A stretch of DNA of 64,000 nucleotides from contig CAXHJY010000623.1 in NCBI GenBank assembly GCA_964016885.1, positions 33,276-97,275 on the forward strand. The letters are read 5' to 3'. Source of the DNA: Eledone cirrhosa (taxonomy: Eukaryota). A model generated the notes under the pieces. It was not told the origin of the DNA, ran no database searches, and worked only from the letters and a program-made list of their open reading frames with translations. A program made the translations under genes and the position numbers. Shown piece by piece: positions 1-13,396 of the stretch. Positions within the stretch are counted from its first letter, which is position 1, and every line of letters begins with the position of its first letter.

Positions 1-289
1 TTGCGCGATTATAGTTATATACTCATAATAGTTATATACTCATACATATAGATGTATGTATGTGCACAATCATACTCTCTTTTTCTATATATATGGTAGT
101 TGAAATGTGGGGGGGGGGGGGGCGATGATATACCGGAAGTGCAACTTTGAAAAGAAGTCAATTTGAAATTATTTATTTTACGAAATTATTTTTGTTTACG
201 AAATTGAGTAGATAAATTATGTAATATTCATTCATTATTTATTCAAAGTAATCCAACTTATTTTACAAACGGGATAAAAAAAATAAACT

Positions 290-385
290 GTACGCAGTCC
301 CGCGCTCCTTACTTTATTATAGTTTAGATAATAGAGAGTCAGGGCCCGACAACTGAGCTCTTGTCCTTTCGACAGCAAATTCCCA
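290..385 (-). mobile_element. Penelope pLTR-like fragment with degenerate 3' half of a hammerhead (family of 13019/39800/60850)
   Basis: Minus strand gctgtc-GAAA-ggac-aagagctca-gtt-GTC-gggccctgactct resembles gctgtc-GAAAC-ggc-cggagctca-gcc-GTC-ggggtcctgactct at 39788-39830. Confidence 0.5.
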
Positions 386-1506
386 GACCATATCGTGTAC
401 TCTGATGAAATATGATCTTACTAGTTTAAACTGGTATAATTCTGATATAACAGATATGAGGGAACCCCCAAACCTAAAGTGCCCCAGGCCCCGCAATGGC
501 TTTAGATTATAGATACAGTCGAATTATTGTTATATTTTCTCTTAAGTGAAATCTTAAAAGAAAATAAAGGAAGAACATCACCACCAACCACATTAACAGC
601 TACAAGAAGAAACCTCAACACGACCACTTGGATTGCTAGAAATAACTACCAAACCTCATACAAATACACTCTTTCCTAAAAACAGAAGCGATATATGTGA
701 CTATAAAGAAGGATAGTACGGTCACGGTTGGAATGCTTTGTATCATAGCGCTTCTCAACCAGGACAGATCTGTGACTAAACAACAACAACGGCAACAGCA
801 ATAAAGCGACTGATATAATTAAGATAATGTTGTTTTCTTAATAATGTTTACGACTATCTGGTGCTTGTTAAGACGATAGCAGTCATTATAAGTCTGTGTC
901 TTTCTACATTGCACCATATGGCTCATTTAATGCAATATAGCGTGTCTTTTCAAAATAAATTGACTATATCCAGTATGCGAAAAATGATTTTATTCTCGGT
1001 GGAAATGAGGCGTTAAAGTCTTACGGAGATGAAAGGAAGTCTAAGATTGTGATAATGTGTCTATAGGTATTTATCTATATAGCTGCCATTTTCCTTCCTA
1101 GATTTACTTGTTTGTGTGAGAGAGAGAAAGAAAGTGGGAGGGACAAGAGATAATGTACTCGTTGTCTTTTTTTTCTTTTAGCTGTTTTTTGTTTTTGTTT
1201 TTGGACAGTAAACTTTGTGATAATTAGTCAAGCTTTTATATACCATTTAAGATTTAGATCACTGTTGTCAATGTATATGACATACATACGTAGACACACA
1301 CTCATATATGTATATATATACATATGTATATATACACACATATACATGAGTATATATACATACATGTCTTCTTTAAATATCTCTAGTCGAGTGAAACATT
1401 GTCACAAAACAAATTCTTGTACAGAAAAACAAACAAATTGTAGAACAGATGACAACGATCTCTATATCTTTCTTCCATCTCTCTCTCTCTCTCTCCTATA
1501 TGTGTG

Positions 1507-1592
<86 letters not shown>

Positions 1593-1593
1593 C

Positions 1594-1843
1594 TATGGCG
1601 GGTAAAATTCCCGAGATCCATGGACGAGTTCTCTCCAGCGGTCTCTGTCCCTCATTATCGCTGCCATGTCCTGCGTCTCCAACAGACCAGTGTCTGTCCT
1701 TAGGGCATCAACATACGTTAACCTTGGTCTTCCTCTTCCAGTGTGTCCATGTAGGGGCTCCCACATGAGCACTGAGTGCAATGTCGGTGAGCATGTCCAG
1801 CTAACCTCAGTCTCCTCTCTGTCACTTTTGAGGGGACTTTTGC
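1594..1843 (-). mobile_element. 3' end of RTE/RTEX-type LINE ORF (5'-truncated)
   Basis: ERRLRLAGHAHRH...VLMWEPLHGHTGRGRPRLTYVDALRTDTG...MRDRDRWRELV is a typical RTE C-terminus; lies between TA tracts. Confidence 0.8.
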
Positions 1844-2014
1844 ATATATATATATGTGTGTGTGTGTGTGTATATATTCATGTATGTATATATATATGTG
1901 TGTGTGTGTATATATATGCATGTATGTATATATATGTGTGTATGTGTGTGTATATATATATATGCATGGATGTATATGTATATATGTATATATACATGTA
2001 TGTATATATATATG

Positions 2015-2059
<45 letters not shown>

Positions 2060-2068
2060 GTGTGTATG

Positions 2069-2111
<43 letters not shown>

Positions 2112-2192
2112 ATGCATGTATGTATGTGTGTGTGTATGCATGTATGTATGTATGTGTGTGTGTATGCATGTATGTATATATATGTGTGTGTG

Positions 2193-2223
<31 letters not shown>

Positions 2224-2579
2224 CGCGCCTACACAACCACTTTACAGTGTGGTCTGGGTGCCTTTTTTGTCGTGACACCTCCACGACCACTTTACAGAGG
2301 GAGGGGTGGGGGTATACTGTCTATATTCTTCAGCTTCGGCTTATACCCCTGTGAAGTTGAGCCTTCTGTATTACTGCGTAACGCCGGAGGTCTCGGGCCT
2401 CTCGCCTTTGAGAGGTAGAATTGGGCAAGATCAACTTTATGTATATATATATATACTGTTTCACCGTGGATCGCCTTTGAAATTAAGTCTGTAGAATGCT
2501 CAGCCACCTGCACATAGATTTCATGAGAAAACTGTTGATTAAATAACTGGAATATACTTGTGTGCGGGTGTGGTTATAT

Positions 2580-2633
<54 letters not shown>

Positions 2634-2658
2634 ATCTATAAAAGGCAGATTGTTGTTG

Positions 2659-2698
<40 letters not shown>

Positions 2699-2977
2699 AT
2701 GTTCCATGTTTATACATTTGCACAATTTCAAACCGATTCGACTCAAAGTCTGTAAGAATGTTGTAAATTGTCTAACTTAGGACAATGACTATTTATTTCA
2801 TTCAAACTCACCCACAATTACGGAAATATTCGATAAAACTAAATACATGATGCTTTACCCCTCTAATACAATCTGAGTCCTCTCTCTCTACTCCCCTTAA
2901 AATTCGATAAAACTACATAAATGCTGCAACTTTCTCTTATATTTACGTTTAAACTTACAAACTTCCTTTAGGAACGC

Positions 2978-3022
<45 letters not shown>

Positions 3023-3222
3023 CGTTTGTTTTTGAGTGTGGAACGGTCAAACATTTATTTACTTCAATGACAGAGAGAACTTATTACTATTCATACGAAA
3101 CAACAATTATTCAAAAGCAACAGATAAATTTATTCAACAACAAAAAAAAATAGCGATAAATCTTTTTTAAAACCTCTCAACGAACGTGGAAGAAAGAAGT
3201 ATCAGTTTATTTACTATACACA

Positions 3223-3500
3223 ATATCCTCTATGAGGTCACTAAACATGCTAGAAACAGCAGCACACTCTCCCCCATATCACACCCCTCCCTACTGTCTT
3301 AAATTAAGAAAACATATCCTCTATGAGGTCACTAAACCTGCTAGAAACAGCAGCTAACTCTCCCCCATATCACACCACTCCCTACTGTCTTAAAGTTAGA
3401 AAACATATCCTCTATGAGGTCACTAAACCTCCTAAAAACAGCAGCTAACTCTCCTCCATATCACACCACTCCCTACTGTCTTACATTTAGAAAACACACA
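3223..3500 (+). repeat. Tandem triplication of a ~91-bp unit
   Basis: atatcctctatgaggtcactaaacctgctagaaacagcagc...ccctactgtctt x3; unit related to dispersed repeats at 7885-7940, 8120-8175 and 49075-49125. Confidence 0.9.
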
Positions 3501-3501
3501 T

Positions 3502-3794
3502 TAGACAACCATGCAGAATAACTCCATCGCAGCTCTGTTGTTCAGCTGGCATCGTCTACGCGCGTGTTGCGCAAGTACTGTGAAACAATACATTTCAACA
3601 CTTCTTTGCACAGAGATAATATCCATAGGTGAAACTACAATTGTCACTGCTGGCGCAGTTCCTGCTTCGGCAGTCCGGGTCTGCAATTCATTTACCCAGT
3701 GCATGGCAGACAAAAAAGTGCTGCCATAAAATGGGTGGTGAAACCAAACTTTGGTAACTTACTGACCCCGAGCAACGCCGGGCTTTAATGCTAG
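3502..3794 (+). mobile_element. Helitron 3' terminus (5' boundary uncertain)
   Basis: GC-rich hairpin cccgagcaacgccggg followed 8 nt later by CTAG|T (3791-3795). Confidence 0.65.
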
Positions 3795-3824
3795 TAATAT
3801 AATATAATATAATATAATTGTGTG

Positions 3825-3885
<61 letters not shown>

Positions 3886-4145
3886 ATTGTGTGTATGTAT
3901 ATATATATATATATATATATTATATAATTATATATATATATATTATATTATATATATATATATAATATAATATAATATAATTGTGTGTATGTGTATATAT
4001 ATATATATATATAATATAATATAATTGTGTGTATGTATGTATGTATGTATATATATATATATATATATAATATAATTGTGTGTATGTATATCTATATATA
4101 TATAATATAATATAATTGTATGTATGTATATATATATATATATAT

Positions 4146-4432
4146 CACGATAAATTAACGGAGGCATAGGCCGTCGTTATTCCCTGTAAATAATGTGCTC
4201 AAAGGGGAAGAGATCCTGAGCCCTTTAGAATATAATATGTTGAGAAGGTAACACACCAGAGAGAGATATATAGTGCGTTATCAATAATACAGGGAAAAAA
4301 CCACCAGTGTATGGAATCTATAACCTATGAAAGGCAGACTATAGACACGATAATTAAAAATATAAATTAAAGCGTAAATAAATACCTCTATAACTATATA
4401 ACACACGTACAAATCCAGAGATATGTTTCGCG
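4146..4432 (-). mobile_element. Penelope pLTR-like tail starting at HHR-like GAAAC and ending in (TA)n
   Basis: Minus strand cgc-GAAAC-atatc..., complex sequence running into TA at 4145. Confidence 0.4.
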
Positions 4433-4434
4433 TG

Positions 4435-6158
4435 TAAAAGGTAAACAGAAATAACAACACAATCGGTACAGTATATGGAAGGTATATATTAGGTTAACGC
4501 TTGAAATAGCAGGAAGAAGGTCTTAACGTTTCGGACGCTAGTCCTTCATCAGAAGAAAGAATGAGAAATAAAACAGATTGAGGGGACGGGTGGGATGTAA
4601 TTGGAAAAAATGTCTTTAGATAAAAATAACAGATCCATTCATTTTGACATCTCTTGCAAAACTGTTGGTGCTGGCGTTTTGTGTATGATTTGTTTTTCTA
4701 GAAAAGTGGATGATGGGAAAAAAACATTTCGTAAAAAGAGGTGGGGGGGGGGGTGTTATTATAGGTCCGTACGAAGCTGAGAAGAAATGTGAGTAAAAGA
4801 GTGTGTGTGCATGTAAGAACAAAGCTATGAGCAAAAGTATGTTAATATAAGAGTGTGTATCGGCATGTATTAGTTGTAAGAGAAGCTGCTAATGATCAAG
4901 AGAAAGCGATAGGAATCTAGGGGTGTGATAATGGACGGGGTATTATAGAAATTGGTGAGGTGAGTTGAGTCCAAGAGGGGAATAGGACCCAAGACGGTGA
5001 ATCAAACTTTGTTCAGTCCTGGTGCGCGAGGCCTGTGATCCATGATGTAAAAGGACACCCAGGACTGAAACATGTAGGGAAGAATGACCAGGAGAACAGA
5101 AATGACGGGCGACAGGAGTATCCAAACCGAGTCCCTCAAATGTTCAGCAAAACGGTCCGCCATACGGCGTCCCGTTTGTCCGATATATAAAGACCCACAA
5201 AGGGAACACCGGAGGGCATAGACAATGTGGGTGGGTGTACATGTGAAGGAATGGCGGGTACGGAAAGACCCATTAGGGCCTGTAAGAGGGGTGAGGGTGG
5301 AAATAAAGGGACAAGTGTTGCAGCGGGAACGGGAACAAGGATGAAAACCGGGTGGAGTCGTGGGAGAGGACGAAAAACAACTGCAAACCACGAGGTCGCG
5401 GAGGTTTCGGGCGCGCTTAAAAGCAGTAATGGGTGGGTTTGGAAAAAGCGAGAAGTGACAGGGTCAGAAGAGAGGATACGGAAGGAACGGAGGATATGTC
5501 GCTGGAGTGGTAGGGTGATGGGGTGGTAGGTGAGAGGGAAAGGATCACGGGTGGTGAGAGGGCTGTGGTGCGGTCTCTTTCACGGGCGCGGATGAGAGCA
5601 GCTTGGATCAAGGTGGGGGGATATCCACGCTGGATGAAGCAGGAAGCCATGCGAAGGAAATGGGTTTCGAAATCGTCGTCTTGGGTACAGAGTCGACGAA
5701 GGCGGAGGAATTGGGAATAGGCTATGGAGTGTTTGGTGTGGGTTGGATGGGAGGAGGTGAAGTCGAGATAAGATTGGGAGTATGTTGGTTTAATGTAGAT
5801 GGGAGTAGAGAGGGTGTGGTGAGAGTGATTAATAGATAGAGAGATATCTAGAAAAGCGACAGAAGAATCGGAGGCGGTGAAAGTGAGAGCAGGATGGAAA
5901 GATTGGACAAAAGAAAGAAAACAGTCGAGCTGTTTTCGTGATAGAGAGGTGGCGCCGATACAGTCGTCGATATAACGACCGTATAGCTCAGGAGTCGGTC
6001 CAGCGTACTGGGAGAAGATCTGGACTTCGACGTAGCCAACAAATAAGTTGGCATAGTTTGGATCCATTCTGGTCCCCATCGCTACCACCAGAGACCTGCT
6101 GGTAAAATTCACCCGAAAAAGAAAATCCATTAAGGATGAAAACAAGCTCAGCCAGACG
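4435..6158 (-). mobile_element. Penelope-like retroelement (Neptune-type), 5'-truncated, frameshifted RT plus GIY-YIG endonuclease and 3' pLTR
   Basis: AMGTRMDPNYANLFVG, YGRYIDDC, FLDI, SIAYSQFLRLRRLC, RGYP; Cys linker PCSRSRCNTCP; IVYALRCSLCGSLYIGQTGRRMADRFAEH. Confidence 0.93.
4521..4556 (-). ncRNA. Minimal type I hammerhead ribozyme in Penelope pLTR
   Basis: tctt-CTGATGA-aggac-tagc-gtcc-GAAAC-gtt-aaga; stem I tctt/aaga, stem II ggac/gtcc, loopless palindromic stem III. Confidence 0.85.
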
Positions 6159-6407
6159 ATATATATGTTGTGTGAGTGTGTGTGCATTTGAATTTATACT
6201 GACCTGTGTATGTGTGGGTGTATGATGTATGTATGTGTTAATGTTTAGATGAGTTTGTGTGGGTTTATGTATGGGTATGTGTGTGTGTGTGTGTGTGTGG
6301 AGGTAGTTATATTGTGTGAGTTTAAAAGCTGAAATCATCTTGATTTTGGTCACGCTTCCGTTGATATGATGATTTGATATGTACCTACACGTGTGTGTGT
6401 AATGGTT

Positions 6408-6472
<65 letters not shown>

Positions 6473-6634
6473 TGAAAACACTATTGGGTTTTAATTTGAT
6501 CAATTTTATTAAGTATTTTTAATATTTCCTTATTAGTTCTTAGTTTGGAACAGTAGTGTGGATAATTGCATGAGTGTATTAACGTCTAGAAGCCTTCACA
6601 GCTCTACCTTCAGAATCAGAATGGTCACACTTGT

Positions 6635-6872
6635 CAGGGTCGGATTTAATGGGGACCACTTGTGCCCTCAGTTGTGATTTTCAGTTTTAGGATGGTTAGA
6701 AATTTTGAATTTAATACCTTTATGTATAACTTTTCAATTCCAATTACTTGCGCCAAGCTAACTTTGGTATGTAAAATTCAGGGAGGGTTGCTGTGTATTT
6801 AATTTTTTTGTATATGAGAGGCCCCCATAAACCTGAATTGCCCGGGCGCCCCAATATCTAAATCGAACCCTG
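6635..6872. mobile_element. hAT-type MITE
   Basis: TIRs cagggtcggattta / taaatcgaaccctg; 8-bp TSD acacttgt/acactagt. Confidence 0.8.
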
Positions 6873-7339
6873 ACACTAGTGGTGTATGAGTCACGTGCTT
6901 AGCAGTGGTTGTAAAGGGTTATGAGAGGAGTAACAAATAGTGGACATTTCATTTTAAATTTCTCGACGGTTGAAACTTGGCAGTTATAATAATTGGTTTC
7001 ATGTATGGTGCATCTTTGTGTTTTCAATATATCATGTTTGAACGAAAATATGTTCCCTACTTAAGAAAACTGGCGCAGTCAAACTCAAAAATCGATCACG
7101 TGACCATAATAGTACCAACTATAAGCACACATGAGCAGGAGGCAGTGTGACAAATCTAAAGATATGTTATGGCAAAAGTGCGGATAATTCTTGACTTATC
7201 CTTGTATACAAATATGTATGAATGGATAAATCGGTAACACCTGATGGAGTCGTAGAGCCGTCGTCATGATATATGCTGACTTGACCGAGTTTAAACTTGA
7301 CCGAGCCCATACTTCTCCTGTTCTGAACATGGTCAGAAA

Positions 7340-7515
7340 GAGATTTAGAAGAGGAATCTACCCCAGTACTGGACTGTTACTTTTTTATAGACCTTCAAAA
7401 GAAGAAAAGCAAAGTTGGTCTTGGATGGATTTGAACTCAGAGTGCCGAGAGCCACAATAAATACAGCAGAGCATTATACCAGATGTTCTAACCTCTTTGC
7501 CAATTCGCCGCCTTT
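7340..7515 (-). mobile_element. Old, diverged SINE copy (major family)
   Basis: ccccagtactgg...ggatttgaactcaga...tgccaattcgccgcc. Confidence 0.65.
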
Positions 7516-7675
7516 AAATAACGATTAGAAAGATAGAAGAAAAATAATATAGAGCTTGCGGCCAAGGTGGGACCTCGAATTCAGCTTGTTGCTTCTCTGA
7601 TCTACGACGTCGACTTTATTTGCTGTCATGAACGGCAAAATAAAACCCAGTAATAAATATTTATATTGAATGGAC

Positions 7676-7828
7676 CAGGCATGGGCAACATGTTGCCACA
7701 TAGGGCGTGTCACATCATAAGGTGGGTCGCACTACTAAAACATTCAAGGCAATTTTGAAATTAGGCATGCTATTCAGAAAACCAAATGGGTCGCATGCGG
7801 CTCGCGACCCACAGTTTGCCCATGACTG
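7676..7828. mobile_element. hAT/Charlie-type MITE
   Basis: TIRs caggcatgggcaac / gtttgcccatgactg; degenerate 8-bp TSD gaatggac/gaacagac. Confidence 0.75.
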
Positions 7829-8390
7829 GAACAGACTATAACTATCTCTAACTAGCACCTGGGCCTTTATACAGTTGATCCACCTGTTAAACCTGCTAGA
7901 AAAACAGTCAAATCTCTCCGAAATCACAACCTACCGTCATGATAAAAAAGAACTTATTAGATAATACGGTTCTAAATAATTTATATCTGGAAAATAACAT
8001 AGTCACGGTAGGAAAAGTCACTTGTTACCGCTCTGCTAGATTATAATTGACCTGAAACGAAGCAGCAACATTCTCTGCTTTTCAAACAAACGATGGACCC
8101 ATCTTCGTGTTTCTGAAAACCAGCTAGAAATAGCAGCCAAATCGCCATTAAACCACACCCTACAATCTTAAGAGGAAATAACTTATCGGACAATTTAAAT
8201 ACATTATTGTTGAAAAGGAAAAAAAAAGAGATGGTCACATCTGGAACGTATTTGATCATAAAACTGTTCGATATGGGCTGACCTAGAAATTAACAGGAAT
8301 AATTTCTCTCATATAAAATATTTGTCTAGTGTCCAGTAAACAGAAACATAATGACCGGGTAAAAACTGGGAATGACCTGATGGTGTGTGA

Positions 8391-8433
<43 letters not shown>

Positions 8434-8889
8434 ATGTGTGTATGTGCGTGTCCATGTGTAAATGTGTTTAACGGTGAAATGAATATGTAGAAAATTGCTC
8501 TCAAAATGCGAGTAATTAATTATTGTAAGTATTGTGTAGTTATTATTGTTCTTATTGTTGTTTCTGTAAGTGTATCAACCAAATCGATAGGGTTGAGTTT
8601 CTAGAGTCTACTGTAGGGCAGGTTCTATTTCTATCGATTTCTCTGACTGAAAGGAAGTTAAACAGGTTTATTTTATAAATTGTAGTTGACATTACTAATG
8701 TAACTGACCATCAGTCTAAATATAGACGTAGGCGTTGCTGCTTCTGGGCTTAATGTTATTGCTGTTGTTGTTGCTACTGTTTGTTGTTGTTGTTCTTCTT
8801 CTTCTATACATTAACTGTCGATCGAATCATTGCAGGCGATAAAAGTTTAGAATGAATGTGACTATTCGTTGAGTTATATATAAACGGGT

Positions 8890-9203
8890 GAAGGTGCGTA
8901 GCTTAGTGGTTAGACCGTTGGATTCACAATCATTAGGTTGTGAGTTCGATTCTCGGGTGATGCATTATGTCCTTGACCAAGACACTTTATTTCATACTGC
9001 TCCAGTTCACTCAGATGAAGGAATGAGTTGCGACATCACTGGTGCTAAGCTGTATCGGCTTTTGCTTTTCCAGTGGACAGCATCGGTGGTGTGGAGATGG
9101 GAGTTTGGCATGCTGGGGCAACTACTTGTCTTCCGGGTCTGTGTCTCAGAATGAAAATTTCTAGGTGCAAAACCATGGCCCTTCGTGACCGAAGGAGGTC
9201 TTA
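8890..9203 (+). mobile_element. tRNA-headed SINE, second family
   Basis: A box tagcttagtgg, B box gagttcgattc; homologous to 20647-20905 and 48747-48870. Confidence 0.75.
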
Positions 9204-9209
9204 CATAAA

Positions 9210-10115
9210 GACTTAAAAAACTGTCCCCATGTGCGTTTTTGTGTCACTATATATTCAATTTTTAACCGATTTCAGAATATGGCAGATACAACGTTTGTAA
9301 AGACCTCAGTGGGAGCTCGAACATCGTATTTTCTGGGTGAAACATTACAATAAGTGGGGCTGGTACAAGCAGGGTCCAGGAGCAATTTCATGCATTTTTT
9401 GAAACAAACAAATCTCCCTTCAAAGCCAATATACAAAACTGGGTGGAGACGTTTAAGAGATATGGGACACAGGAAAACCTCAATATATGAGGACTGTCTT
9501 ACTTATTCCGGACGACACAGGAAGCATTCACAGGAAGTTATTGATATGGTTCGAGAGACTTGAACAGAGACCAGAACGATCCCTGCTTAGAGGCTAATCC
9601 TTGAAACTTTTAGAAGGGTTGTCAAAGAGGATCTTAAGAAGTACCCCTACAGAATACAGACCAAACAAAAGCTTACTACAGCTGATAAGTCCAAGAGAAA
9701 GGTTATAGCTGAGAAAATGCTGAAGAAGATGAAAAACAACCCAAATTATCTGCATCAGCTGTGGATCTCTGATGAATCCCACATTCACTTAGAAGAGAAT
9801 ATATGTTCTGAGGATCAGAGAAACCCACTGAAATGGCTGTGAAGCCTTTCCATTCTGCTAAGTGTACAATCTGACTGTCATTTCTCAGAGAATGTGATGC
9901 CACTGCTACAATTACAAAGTAACGCTATGTGAAGGTCCAGGGAGACTTCAAAAAGAAGCTACAGACCATGTACTCATCACTAATTAACAAGTTCTGGTTT
10001 CATCAAGACAGAGCAAGCCCTCACATCTCCAATGGGTCGTGAGACTGGATGAAAAATAACTACCATTACTTTTGGACAGCCTCCAAAAGTAATGGTTGTA
10101 TTTTAAAAGGGTACG
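9210..10115 (+). mobile_element. Decayed Tc1/mariner-superfamily transposon (copy 1)
   Basis: WISDESHIHL, KFWFHQDRASPH, YPYRIQTKQKL motifs with stops and frameshifts; homologous to 32474-33905. Confidence 0.9.
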
Positions 10116-10147
10116 TCAAAGCTATTTGTAAAACTGTTATATATTGT

Positions 10148-10210
10148 ATTTTGTCTGATGAAGGCATACCATAATTTAATGTGGTATCCCTGAAATATGT
10201 ATAATGAAAT
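10148..10210 (+). ncRNA. Type I hammerhead motif (weak stem I)
   Basis: attttgt-CTGATGA-aggcataccat...gtggtatccct-GAAA-tatgtata-atgaaat; short tail then (TA)n at 10252. Confidence 0.65.
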
Positions 10211-10250
10211 AAATATGGTTTTATAAATATAGTTTCCATTTATTAATATC

Positions 10251-10301
<51 letters not shown>

Positions 10302-10683
10302 TGTATTATATATATATTATATATATCATAAATAATGTCCTTAGGATCACTAGATAAAATATATACCATTTCTTCTCCCAATTAGCATAATTAACCATAT
10401 AAAAAATGAACTTATTACTTAAACATCTCTCCATATTATTTACTCACTTCAATCTATATTTTTACTCAATCCGAATTATCACTTGAAAAATTTTTGAATT
10501 TAGAATTTTTTAATTTTTAATTGTTTAATTTATAATCTCTGATATTCGATTTAGGATTTTAATTTTTAATTTTTATTTCCAACTCTCACTCTTAACTTAC
10601 AATGTAAAACCATGGTACCTAGAATTAAGTTTATTTTCCCTTATGAGTTGGTCAGTCTTACTGTCAACGCTTAGTGAAAGGTA

Positions 10684-10862
10684 GGCAGTATCGGTAGAGG
10701 GTCGGATGCCATGCTTTCCAGCATAGTTACGTCCCTTAACGATCTGAGTTCAAATCCCGCTGAGGTTGACTTTGCCTTTCATCCTTACGAGGTCGATAAA
10801 ATAAAGTACAAGTAATGCACTGGGTAATTGCTGGCCTTGTGCCAAAAAGTAGAAACAATTAT
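10684..10862 (+). mobile_element. SINE, major family, internally deleted form
   Basis: ggcagtatcggtagag...B box gagttcaaatcc...gtcgataaaataaagtac...ctgggtaattgctggccttgtgcc...gaaacaattat. Confidence 0.9.
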
Positions 10863-11176
10863 GACCTATAAAAACTAACACCCTCCCATCCCCTCTGGCT
10901 TTCGGCTGACTGCCACAGTAGTAATGGGTAACAGTAAACTTTGGTAGGGCATAGGTGGGCCATTGTTTTGGCTGAGAGGGTGTACTGACAGCGAATTTCG
11001 TTGAAATCTGCGGTGGCTAATGGTCAACTTCCTTCGGACATGCGCTTGCGCAGACCGGTGGGAGTGAATTGGTACTCACAAGGGAACGGATGAAAAAGCC
11101 AAAAGCACGAACTTCATCCGTTCCCAAGTCGATTCAATTTGGATTGCCTCGGAAACATAACCTTATTATGTAACAA

Positions 11177-11250
11177 GCTGTCTGATGATGACACGACACT
11201 CGCGCACAGAACAGTGTGGCCAGTGTCGTCATTGAAATATATATCACAGC
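11177..11250 (+). ncRNA. Type I hammerhead ribozyme with long stem II
   Basis: gctgt-CTGATGA-tgacacgacact...agtgtcgtcatt-GAAA-tatatATC-acagc; stem I gctgt/acagc. Confidence 0.8.
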
Positions 11251-11257
11251 ATTATTT

Positions 11258-11446
11258 GGATTGGCAGTATTGGTAGAGGGTCGGACGCCATGCTTTGACG
11301 TATAGAGTTACGGCCCTTGCCATTCCGAGTTCAAATCCCGCCAAGGTTCACTTTGCCTTTCATCCTTACGAGGTCGATAAAATAAAGTACCAGTAATGCA
11401 CTGGATAATTGCTGGCCTTGTGCCTAACGTAGAAACAATTATTATT
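11258..11446 (+). mobile_element. SINE, major family, deleted form
   Basis: Close copy of 10684-10862. Confidence 0.9.
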
Positions 11447-11488
11447 AAAGGACTTGAACATCTGAAAGTACTTCGCTTTTCCTTATTC

Positions 11489-11519
<31 letters not shown>

Positions 11520-11711
11520 ATATATATTATATATATATTATATATATTATATATATATTATATATATATATATTATATATATATTATATATATTATATAT
11601 ATATATTATATATATATATTATATATATATATATTATATATATATATATTATATATATATATATATTATATATTATATATATATATATTATATATTATAT
11701 ATATTATATAT

Positions 11712-11744
<33 letters not shown>

Positions 11745-11995
11745 ATATATAACACTGTTACCTCCCGTTTGACTTAAACATATAACTATGGCTGTCCATA
11801 GCCCCGAGTTGTCAAATGTCTCATGAGTGAAATTTGATAGGTAGAAACTGTTTGGAAGACCATCGGATAGATTATACCTGTAATTCAATTGGACAGCCTT
11901 ACCACACACTGTGCTATACTGAATAACTATGAGAATTACATTTAACGTACACGCGTCTGTGGAATGTTTGACATATACACATAAACATACATATA

Positions 11996-12075
11996 CAGAG
12001 TGTCCCCTCAAAAAAATGTATGCACAATTCTAATAATTAATGCCTGTACAGGTAATCAAAGTGTGTATACATTTG
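11996..12075. mobile_element. Tc1/mariner MITE remnant
   Basis: TA|cagagtgtcccctcaaaaaaatgtatgcac ... gtgtatacattt partial inverted ends. Confidence 0.45.
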
Positions 12076-12772
12076 GTCTGCATACTTACATAAACATATG
12101 CTTGGCATATATATACAAAGTTCATTGATATGCATAATGAATGTTTTATTTATTATTTATTTGATATACATTATGACACGAAAGAATGTTAAGACTTCGT
12201 CGCTTTCAGATCTCTGGTCATTGGGTAACACGCCATTGTTTCTGTGTGTGTGTGTGTGCGTGTGTTGTATGTGTATGCGTGTGTTGCATCTGTGTGTGCG
12301 TTGTATGTGTATGTCTCTGTCGCTGTGTATGAGGGTGTGTTGTATGTGTGTGTATGTCTGTGTATCTGAGTGTCTGTGTATGTTGTATGTGTTGTGTGTG
12401 TATGTTGTATGCGTGTATGTCTGTTTCTGCATGTGTGTGTATGTATTGTATGTGTGTGTGTCTGTGGGTGTGTCAGTGTGTCTGTGTGTCTATGTATGTG
12501 TAAGATATAATTTGTACATAATTTAGAGTTGATTACGTACAGACAGGTATCAACAGGTGTAAAATATAGAATTTAATTAATTTTCAATATATTTATTTAA
12601 TGTTTACTTTTCGTTTCTTTTTCATAATTTGTCTTGTTTTATTTCTTCGTGTGTGTTGTATTTCAATTAGGAGTCATTGTAGAAAGACTAATTAAAGTTG
12701 CTTTACAGGTAGACCGAAGAAATTTTAATGAAAGACTACACATCTTGTTATATGATTGAAAATTGCGGTTAA

Positions 12773-12918
12773 GGGAAACTCGTAGAGTCGAGAGCATTCA
12801 CATATAATGTTGTAATCGAGGAGTTTATTATATTAAAATTCTTTTTATTTTTTACTATACACCATGTCTTTTTTAACAGGTATTATGCTACTATCAATTC
12901 TTTGACAGACACTCACAT

Positions 12919-12955
<37 letters not shown>

Positions 12956-13078
12956 TAATATAATAAATTCCTCGATTACAGCATTATATGTGAAGGCTCT
13001 CGGCTCTACGAGTTTGCGTTCGGATCTAGCTGTCGAAACGGCCGGAACTCAGCCGTCGGGGTCCTAAATCTTTTCCTA
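12773..13078. mobile_element. Composite of pLTR fragments: ~61-bp inverted repeat carrying an HHR 3' half, joined to a second HHR half
   Basis: 12775-12836 is inverted at 12955-13015; GAAACtc-gta-gaGTC stem III; 13019-13078 ttcggatctagctgtcGAAACggc...gccGTCgggg then TA. Confidence 0.7.
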
Positions 13079-13396
13079 TATATATATATATAGTGTTCTG
13101 GTATCTCAAATTAGTACCATCGAACCACAAATATTATAAACACCTTGCATATTTCTACAAGTACATAGTGCCTGTTGAAGTATTCATCCACTTTTATAAT
13201 TTTTCTCCTTATGTAGAGAACAAAACGTTGAATAATGCTGCTAATTTTAGTGGCAATATCAACACGTTTATAATAAACAGCTATTATCTGCGACCTGATT
13301 TTGCGTGTGTCATTTTAACGGCTTGACCGCATGCGTTGGGCAGGAAGCGAAATATTTACTTACTGTAAAGCTGGCAACCTTATAGTATGGAAATAA

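Noticed and set aside
8890-8960. tRNA genes (also 20647, 48747, 60135)
   Set aside because: A/B boxes are present but there is no intact cloverleaf; these are SINE heads.
9768-9776. CTGATGA in the mariner copies, and at ~402 and ~17875
   Set aside because: Encodes the transposase SDE motif, or lacks stem II and a properly spaced GAAA.
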